From contig CAXIUT010000272.1 in the NCBI GenBank assembly GCA_964035545.1, positions 40,529 through 64,919 on the forward strand: a stretch of DNA of 24,391 nucleotides. Direction: 5' to 3'. Under the pieces are notes generated by a model, which did no database searches, was not told the DNA's origin, and saw only the letters and a list, made by a program, of their open reading frames with translations. A program made the translations under genes and the position numbers. How positions within the stretch are numbered: position 1 is the stretch's first letter; every line of letters starts with the position of its first letter. This document shows positions 1-9,008 of the stretch, one piece after another. This stretch comes from Bugula neritina. Taxonomy: Eukaryota; Animalia; Bryozoa.

Positions 1-99
1 CCCAACCCCAACCCCAACCCCAACCCCAACCCCAACCCCAACCCCAACCCCAACCCCAACCCCAACCCCAACCCCAACCCCAACCCCAACCCCAACCCC
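1..99. repeat. Left telomere (CCCCAA)n
   Basis: Perfect C4A2 hexamer array from base 1, starting CCCAA. This is the Tetrahymena-type ciliate telomere repeat. Confidence 0.98.
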
Positions 100-193
100 T
101 TCAATATAATATTAAATTTAATAATCTTTTGAACTAAAATAAATAAACTATGAGTTAATAAATATTATGATTTTATTGTTATTTAATTCTCAA

Positions 194-736
194 TCATTTG
201 ACTTATTCGATGTATTATTTAACTTATTCTTATCTTTAGTCTTTGGGAGAATAGAAGTATTTATACATTGATCCAGAAACCATTATAATTATAAAATATG
301 CTAAAAATTTTCTTGGTTTTTTTGCTATTTTTTTTTTTAATTCTTAGGGAGTCTTCATTTTTATTAATTTCTTTTTTGATCGCTTATATTAAGGCTTTAC
401 TTTTGGAAATTAAGAAGGACTTTATTTATTATTTTAAGTTTTGGAGGAGCTTTACGTTTCTGAATTCGAGTATCCATGTTATTTATCATATGAGGCTCTT
501 GATGCTTAGTTTGACAAAATAGAGAATGCTTTTTCAACTCTTACGTCTCTTAAAGGTCCACTTTTTTTTGTTTATCCTAATTTGTAATAGCCTAATATTA
601 TTTCTTAATGAGTTGCATTTGGTTTAATGTTAAGTAAAGAATAATAGTCAGACTTTTTGACTGATCTCACAAAAAAATTAAGCTGATTAGTTATCAGATT
701 GTTTGCATTTACTTTTCTAAGGAAGTGATTAATCAT
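194..736 (-). CDS. J-domain-like (DnaJ-like, no HPD) single-pass membrane protein, 180 aa, possibly mitochondrial
   Basis: With TAR as sense: ATG 736 to TGA 196-194. MINHFLRKVNANNLITNQLNFFVRSVKK (basic, acid-free leader), then SDYYSLLNIKPNATHEEIILGYYKL...VEKAFSILSNEASRASYD (J-domain helices I, II and IV), TM FLAYFIIIMVSGSMY, and tail PKDEREEEVKEYIEEVK*. Confidence 0.75.
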
Positions 737-1100
737 GTTTACCTTTGAGTTTATTATCAAACCTAGAAATAAAATAATAACTCTTTGTTATATATTTGAT
801 TAAAGATACTAACAATAAAAAATAAAGATTAACAATAACTACATTTTTGCAATATTAGAAATGATATTGATCAATAAATACTAAAGTTAGCTGAATTACA
901 AATGGATAAAAATATTTTGATTCAAAAGAAAGAAATTATATCGACTAATTGATAAAAAATTAATAAGAATTCATGATTTTTGTTCTCTAACTTACATTTA
1001 CTAATCATTCTTTTTATTTAAGAGTTAATATTTTATTCATATTTAATAATTGATATATTTTTGATATATTGACTCAAATCAATCAGAAATACGACCTTCG

Positions 1101-2307
1101 TCAGTATTTGATGTGCTTGATAGTCTCCTCTGTAATCTTTACCTTTCTTAAAGTTCCAGAAATCAGCTATTTCATCTGTTCTCTGCGACTAAGGATAGCG
1201 ATTGCCTGTTGATCTTGGTCTGAATAAATCTAAATCTCATCAATCAACTCCTTATTTATCAACTAGTACTCACTAATTAGGACAAGAAGACGGTCAAGTT
1301 ATCCATTCAACTTTTTATTGTCATCAAGACCCAAAAAGTGTTCCTTTCTAAGCTTTTACTCATCAGCAATAATAATGTCAAGTTGATTTTATTCACTTCT
1401 AATCTTTGATTCCATATCAGAAATTCTTCCTGAAAGTTCTTTACCTTTTCCAATTTCATTGTTGAGAGAAGCTGAGTTGGCTCCAGCTTCTGCTTTATTT
1501 TTATCTGCTTGTCCTTTGATATTTTAGAAGGTAATTCTACTCTAGTTTATTTGATTTGTAAGAGATCTTAACTTATTTTAGTCTTTTTTAGCTTCTTCGT
1601 TCTTCATCTTGAGCTAGGCGATCAATTTTTGATGATCATTTTCAGCTTGTCTAAGTGTTTTATCGAGCTTAGCATTAACAGACTAACTATTTCTAACAGC
1701 TCTTTCGAGATTCTTTAGTTTTTGGACATTTGCATCAAGAAGAGCACTCAATTGATCACATTCTTCTTCAAGTCTTTTTCTTTAATCTTTGAGTCCTTTT
1801 ACCTAAATTAAAGATATCTTACAGTGATAGCCAAGTTTTTGTTTTATTCGTTGGTTCTTTGATTTTTATTATCAAGTCCTTTGATTTCCAGATTGATTTG
1901 TTGAACTTCATTGAGTCGAGCATCATTCATTCTTTTTTTGAGAGTATTCTCTTTGATAAGTTCTTAGATGTGCATACAGGATTTTTGTAAGTTAACTTTC
2001 AGAAGGTCGATTTCTTCTCTTAAATCTAGGATGCTATTCTTGTCAATTTAACTTTTAATTCTAAATGGAAAAGAAAGTACCTTTGTTCTTTTTAGGCTCT
2101 GTCTTTGTCTTGTTGTAGTAGTTCATATTTTTCTCCTAGTTCAAAGATGAGGGCATTGAGTTTTTGATAGTCAACTTCAATTCTTTTGAGATTGAAAACT
2201 TCTGTTTTAAGAGAGTTAATCATGACATCCTTATGGTCACTTTCAACTTGAGCGATCTGATTGGCCCGGATAGCAGCTTCTGTGTAGTCCAAGTACTTGC
2301 TGTACAT
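1101..2307 (-). CDS. Coiled-coil protein, 388 aa, 3 exons (2307-2081, 2060-1823, 1802-1101)
   Basis: Starts MYSKYLDYTEAAIRANQ and is heptad-rich in E/K/L/N. Removing two 20-nt GT-AG introns restores one frame ending ...IKHIKY-TGA (1103-1101). Confidence 0.8.
1803..1822 (-). other. 20-nt spliceosomal intron GTAAGATATCTTTAATTTAG
   Basis: Canonical GTAAG donor and TTTAG acceptor; removal restores the frame. Confidence 0.85.
2061..2080 (-). other. 20-nt spliceosomal intron GTACTTTCTTTTCCATTTAG
   Basis: GT..TAG ends; removal joins KEQR to IKSEIDKNS and avoids a TGA. Confidence 0.8.
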
Positions 2308-2387
2308 CTATAATACTAAAAATTATTATTAAGTTATTATCAATTTAATATTAAAATAGCATTCATTTTTACATAACAAATGAATGA

Positions 2388-5300
2388 TCATTCCCCGAAT
2401 ATTCCTCCATGTTGAGCAACTAAATGATCATAGCATAATTTTGGTGTTTCAAAAGAATCTAAACACTTCCAACAAAGATGATTTCCACATTTGACACAAG
2501 TCACATGATTACAGCCCCTATTTTTTTAAATTGCAGTTTTACATTTAGGACATTGCTTAATATTGTATTTTTTTAGATCAATGCCTAGCTCATTTTTGAG
2601 TTCATTTTCTTTGCAAGTCATTCCAAAATGAGCCTAAAATTAACATTTTGGACACCAAACTCTCCCACAAACTTAGCAAGTTAGAATAACATCATCTTCT
2701 TGAGTCCTTTTATCAATAATATTGTCACAAAATTTACATATTAGATATTCAGATTTAGAATTATTTACCTTATTTTTTTCAATAAAACCTTTTACTTTCT
2801 GATCACATATCTTATTAAACTCATCTTCTGACAATAAAGTTTTAAAATCATTCACATTTACTGAAACTTTATTTTAATAACACTTTTAACTTGGACAATA
2901 AAGAACATACTCCGAAGATGTGATAAAAGACCTCATACATTAAGCGATACAGTGCCAACAATAAACACAAGAACAGTTAATTAACCTATAAGGACTCTTT
3001 AGTACATCAGCACAAATTTAGCAGTCAATTTTTTGTGAGTTAGATAGTATAAATAGTTTATTTTTAACTTTTTAGAATATTTTAAGATTTGCTGTGATGC
3101 AAACTTCTCTAGTTTGAAATAAAATTTGATAAGTCAAGTTTCCTTTATTCTATTTTTTTTTAATGATCAAGTATATTTCGAACAAGATTTAAATTTTTAC
3201 CTCGATAAGATATCTTCTCAAAATAATATTTGCATCTTTAAATACCTTATTTTATTTTCCTTTCGATCTATTTAAGCAAACTATCATCACAATACACTTT
3301 TACTGATTTACTAGCAAGCTAAAATCCAAAATATATCTGATATTTGTATTAATATTCTAAGTTGTCTAAAAGATTTTTACCTTCCTCCATCTTATCTAAA
3401 AAAGTAAATTAATGACCTTCTAATTTAATCAATTTTGGTGTGTAAAGAGCTGATAATATTCTCTGAGGCTTCACAAAGTCTTATCTGTTTGGACTACGAG
3501 CAATTACCATTGTCCTATCAGCGTTTTTAAACCTTCTAGAAACTGTATCAAAAAACAACTTTGGAAATTCTTCTTTAAATATCGAAAGATGATGTTTATA
3601 CTCTTCTTCTAAACCTTCAAATACTTTACGAGAAGGAATAGCCATCACCTGATCATAGTACTATCTGACATGAGTTTTTTAACATCCTAGGACATCTTCC
3701 TTTCCATCAATAGCTTTTTTAAGTTTCTTTAGATATATATTATCAAACCCTAAAATTGATGCTGTCATGTTGACTCGAAAAGTATTTTCAAATTTACCAA
3801 GTTTTTAAAATTTAGACTGAAAATAATACCCCTTGATGGCTATAATCAGATCTTTAGTCGGAATCTAATTATTTTAAAGGATAGAAAGGATTTGTTTTTT
3901 CCAAACTTAATCTGATTTAGGAGCTTAGCTTATATCTGGTTCTCTGAATTTAGTTATAACATGAGGATATTTAAACTGAAAGTCAAGGAAGTTATACTTA
4001 ACTAGGTCAAACAAGTACTATTGTAGTTAATATTCATCACAATCAGAGTCAAAAAGATTTATTCCATTTTACTTTTTACTACATTGAAATTTACAAGAAA
4101 GTATATTTAATTCAGATGTTTTTTCTCTCATTTAAGCTTTATGTCGAACTGAATTGTCCTTAAAAGTACTACTAAAGAGATCAAATTTAGAAACTGATTC
4201 TTTTAAAAGTGAAGTCATCGTTCTGGCTGGTTTTTAATTCTCTAAAGGTGGATAAGACATAAAAAGAGTATTTTTTCCTGATGCATTTCCTGCAAAAAAG
4301 TGAAGTAATATTTTATTTCTAGGCACTTTTTTCCTATGATCCATTAACTTGACTGTATAATTCATTGGAATATCTTGATTATTAGTTTTCAACTATTCTA
4401 ATTCTTCAATCATAGTATCTTTATCATCATCATTAGAAATATAAAATATAGCTTTTCTAAAAGGATTAGAATATTTATAGATAAATCTATTTTGTTCTTT
4501 TTATTTTTCATTGATAGGGTAAACTTAATTTTTTCCATATTAAGAAAAGATATTTAAAGTATGATTTATCATTATATCAATTGAGATGACTTCAATACTA
4601 TACTATCTTCTATTGAATTATATTTTATCTAAATTAAAACCGTCTTTTAATGTTATATAAATATTCGAAATGTAGTTATGTTTATATGGACTAGTTACTT
4701 AGTCTATTTTATTTTTTACATAACTCTTTACTTTTTTTATTAATAAAGAGGTTGAAATTTTCTTTTTATTGCTTTATATGAATAGCTTATTTGCTTGTTA
4801 ATCAACTAGAATATAGAAAATTATTTAATTTTTTTCTTAGTTTATTATAGGATAAGTATCTTGTATAAATTTAAGCTGTTAATCTTTTTGACTTTTACCG
4901 AAATCAACTTTTATCTGTTGAATTATATTTGTAGGAAGAGAGTAAGGAATTTGTTCATAAAAAGGATTTTTTTATTAAATCTTTTTAATATCAAATCTTT
5001 CTTGTATATAATGATTTGTATGAGTTTTAATAAAATTAAAGTCAACTTTATGAGCTACCTTGCAATAGAGTCTTTAATATGAATTTGTATAAAGATCAAA
5101 ACAAATAATCCAGTCAGACTCTATACCCAGAAGCGAAAGATTACTTGTTCCATAAATTTGTACTGGTCTTCTTTGATTGACAAGAGTATATCCAATAAGA
5201 GGATTTCCAGAATACTTACAAAGATTTGGACTAAAACTTGTAATGAGACATGAAAGAACAAGATCTCTATAAGTTTTACATTTTTATATCTTTTATCCAA

Positions 5301-8030
5301 CTAGTTAAGCATGCTTTTTATATTAGTCTCCCCTAATATTAAAGGTGGTTATAATTTTTTATATTTCATCTATAAGTTCTTCAGTTTGACTCAAAGCTTT
5401 AAAATTCAGATAGTTACTCCTAATCCAAGTAGCTAGTTAATTATTAATATTTTTAAATGTTTGATGTTGTTTATTCCCTTTTAAAGATCTGTATTTTCTA
5501 TAGATATTATTAAGAAAGAAAAAATCTCCTTATTAATCTGAAAATTCTTTATATTTAATTTTTTATCCTTATTCTCGATTATTTATTGAAATTCCAAAGA
5601 GATTTGAAAAATTGATCAAAAGACATAAGATAACAGTTACTGTCATAATTATTCCTTTATCTTTTATCTCATCTTCATCTTTTACTTTTAACCTTTTATT
5701 AAAATCTCTATATTTCTATGAAGAAAGTACTCTTTGAAAAAGATAACCTTAAACGATTGCTCTTGACAAGAAAGGATCAATAGGGATTTTTATCAATAAC
5801 TCTCCTATCTTTGTTATTGTTTCATTTTTTCCTTACAAAGCACCAATCAACATTAGTAAATCGACAGAATTGAGTAGTCCATCTTTACTAGGTTTAGAAA
5901 TATAAGGAAAGTGAACTACATCATTTATTTTTAATGATTTTAATCTTAAAACTACTGTTTATAAACAAGAGTTTTCCATTTAAGGAGTTTTACAAACTTT
6001 TCTCAATTTAAAGTTAGCCTCAGAGTATAATCTAAAACAATGTCCTGGAGCAGTTCTTCCTGATCTTCCAGCTCTCTGTTTGGCTGAAGATTGACTGATA
6101 TCTACCTTCTTCATTGTAGATATTTTAAATTTCTGATCATAGACTAACTAAATATCTTGCCCTGGATCAATAACAACTCTAACCCCATCTATTGTTATTG
6201 AAGTTTAAGCTATTCTTGAAGCAAAGATAACTTTATGTTTTCCTGTTGGTTAAAAAACTTTTTTTTGATCAGATGGAGCCAATTTTCCATGAAGAGGAAG
6301 GACTGTAAATATCTTTTTATTTAGTTTATTCTAAAATATATTTACTAATTAATTAATCTAGTCAACTGATGAACAAAAGCAAAGAATACTTCCTTTAAAT
6401 TAAGTTTTCATTCGATTCTAGTCCTGAATAATTTATTCATTAATAACTTTTTATATTTTTTTTACAATTGTAAGTTTATCTCCATAGTCTTTGTATATAG
6501 TTGATACAGGAAACATTCTGCCACTTACCTTCAAAGTTTTTGTGTTAAAGTATTTTTCAAAAAGTTAAATATCCATTGAAGCCGAAGTAACAATGATCTT
6601 AAAATCTTTTCTCTTTTATAACAAACCTTTAATCAATCCTAATATAACATCAATACTCATAGTTCTTTCATGTGCCTCATCAATCACCAAACATGAATAC
6701 TTTGAAAGAATAGGGTCTTAAGTAAGTTCATCTAGAACCAATCTATCTAGTTTGAATATTATTTTAGCATTTTTCTTAGCTTAACGCCCTGCAGATGCTA
6801 CATAATCAACAAATCCTCCAATATTTTAACCCATTTATTTTGCAACTCTTTCAGCTAGGGTTCTAGTAGCCAGTCTTCGAGGTTGAGTCACAAGCACAGG
6901 TTTGACGTTAGGATTATCAAAAAGCTAATAATATTCACATAGTATTTGAGGAAATTGAGTTGATTTACCTGATCCAGTTTCTCCTTAAATAATTAATAAA
7001 TTTTATTTTTTAAGCCTCTAAAAGATAATTTTCTTTTTAGCAATGATTGGTAATTTACTCTCTAATTGTTTCTACGCTATAATCAACTTTTTTAAGGCAG
7101 TCAAATAACTTTATTGACTTCCTTTTTTCAAATCAGATCTAACTTTGTCTCTTACTGTCTCATAATTACTTTTATTCTCCTCTAATTCTTAGATTTTTTA
7201 AGTTAATCTTTTCATTTTATCACTTTAACTATTGATTTGAGATTCTAACTGAACCTCTTCAGTAAGATTTTATATTTTTTCATCAATATCATCAAAATCT
7301 TTGTTCAGATATTTATCTAGATCCTTTTTAATACCTATTACTGATTTAGTTAAAAATTTTGGTTTATCTTCTTAATCACTTTATGCTTATTCCCTTTCCA
7401 AAAAATCATTAGCTTATTCTTTTATATTTTTTTCATCAGTTTGTTCTTAAAATTACTAAAATAGGGCATATTCTTCTGGATAATCTTATTTAATTGAGAA
7501 ATATATTTAGAGTGAAATTCAATACTTCTCAGATAGGAATCAAAAATAACAAAGTTTATCTGTTAATTTTCTCCTTTATTGTAAAAAAACATTGCTTTAT
7601 GATTTTACTATTCTGAGAGAAGAGCTTTTTCTGTCATTTTGATTCTAACTTCCTAAGCCTTTTCTAAAGCAAAAATAACCAAACTGTGATACTTATTGTC
7701 AACCCTGTTGTATATTCTTTCAAAAATTTCATCAATTAGGTCAATATTTTTTCTTAGAGAAGGCACTTATTTCAACATTTATCTGAGATGTCTGTAAACA
7801 GGTTTATTTTTATTTCTATCTTATTTGTATGAAAATATGAGCATAGGATAGAGAGTAGAGTAGTTTATCGATAAATCATCAATATTTTTCATTTTTCCAA
7901 GGATAATTTTCTTTAGCTTTTTTACTTTATCAAAATTTCCAAAGTTTCCATTTTCAATTATTTTCAAAGAAGACATATACTTTTAACAAGCATTTCTTTC
8001 ATTAAGGTTCCTTTTAGTTGAACTTTTCAT
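2388..8030 (-). CDS. DEAH-box RNA helicase fused to a C-terminal RBR (RING1-IBR-RING2) E3 ligase, ~1860 aa
   Basis: Helicase motifs [10 protein letters not shown] (~6960-6985), [51 protein letters not shown], then an HA2/OB-like region. C-terminus [64 protein letters not shown], stop TGA 2390-2388. Two frame changes are needed (~7500 and ~3150). Confidence 0.9.
7485..7525 (-). other. Probable 41-nt intron in the helicase gene
   Basis: GTATTG...AATAAG, length 3n+2. It joins the ATG-8030 frame (FDSYLR) to the helicase frame (NYPEEYALF). Confidence 0.55.
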
Positions 8031-8235
8031 TTTATTTTTATGAAAATTTTGAATTGTCTCTCTTTTCAAAGAGAAAATTGTCTCTCTTTTTATAAAGGAA
8101 AAAGCAGAAAATAAAAATTATCAATTTATAAAATAAAATATCAAATAAAATATTGAAAATAAAGCTTAGAATACTTCATTGGTTTATTTTGAAGAATAAA
8201 TTAATATATTTTCTTAATATTTGATAAAAAAACAA

Positions 8236-8323
8236 TGGGGTTGGGGTTGGGGTTGGGGTTGGGGTTGGGGTTGGGGTTGGGGTTGGGGTTGGGGTTGGGG
8301 TTGGGGTTGGGGTTGGGGTTGGG
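8236..8323. repeat. Internal G-strand telomere tract (TTGGGG)n
   Basis: Perfect array of ~88 bp ending TTGGG, oriented as a right-hand chromosome end. Confidence 0.97.
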
Positions 8324-8562
8324 TAATCTTAATCTTAACGAAATCAAAATTCAAAAGAAATTTGTCTTGCAAGAAGATCATTTAGTGTCAAATATCGTCA
8401 TAATATTTTGAACTTAAATAAATAGTCAGAGATAAAATAGATAATCATGATTTTATAAAAGCTTTAATTGATAAAATTTGAAAAAAAGAGTTTATTCAAA
8501 CAAAATTTAATATTTGAGTTTATCTTTATCCAATTTATAATAAAAAACAAGTTGAAAACATT

Positions 8563-8973
8563 TCACAAAAAATATATATTTCTCCTCTGATAGTTAATAA
8601 ATTCGGATAAGGCTGGGAAAAGTTTGGACTATTTGAAATTAAGAGCATCTAAACTATCCAGTTTGACTTGGTAGACATAGATAGACATCGACTTTGATAG
8701 GAAGATAAATAAAGTATTGATAAAGTTATCAAAATATTGCTAATAATTAACTCTGATCAATTGAGTAATTTATATGTTTCGAGCCTATTTGAAGAGTAAG
8801 GAAAAATCATTGACTAAACTGGATAGACCAATGCAAAAATATCTCAATAAAAACATTCGATTGATTTAAATAAATAAGCAATGTTCTTCGAAATAGATCA
8901 TCTTATATTCTCCTTATAGTATTTTGGTTAATATCTATTGATAAAGAGGAATAAAGAAATAAATTTATTTCAT
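8563..8973 (-). CDS. Hypothetical 136-aa ORF or gene remnant, head-to-head with surface-protein gene 1
   Basis: TGA-free frame MKEIYFFIPLYQEILTKILEGEY...GLSSLVNDFSLLFK...; a diverged, disrupted homologous sequence lies at ~14177-14600. Confidence 0.3.
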
Positions 8974-9008
8974 GTTCGTGAATTAATTATTTATATAAAT
9001 AAAACAAC

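Noticed and set aside
833-846. 14-mer CAATAACTACATTT also found at ~14604-14617
   Set aside because: A match of this length is expected by chance in very AT-rich DNA, and its orientation to genes is inconsistent.
298-5082. Plus-strand ORFs 298-522 and 4861-5082 (likewise 13899, 20462, 21962, 22711)
   Set aside because: Antisense or alternate-frame shadows of real genes read with TAR as sense.
7519-7542. Two TGAs in the helicase core frame, read as UGA=Trp
   Set aside because: The upstream protein reads in another frame from ATG 8030, and a 41-nt intron (7485-7525) explains the switch.
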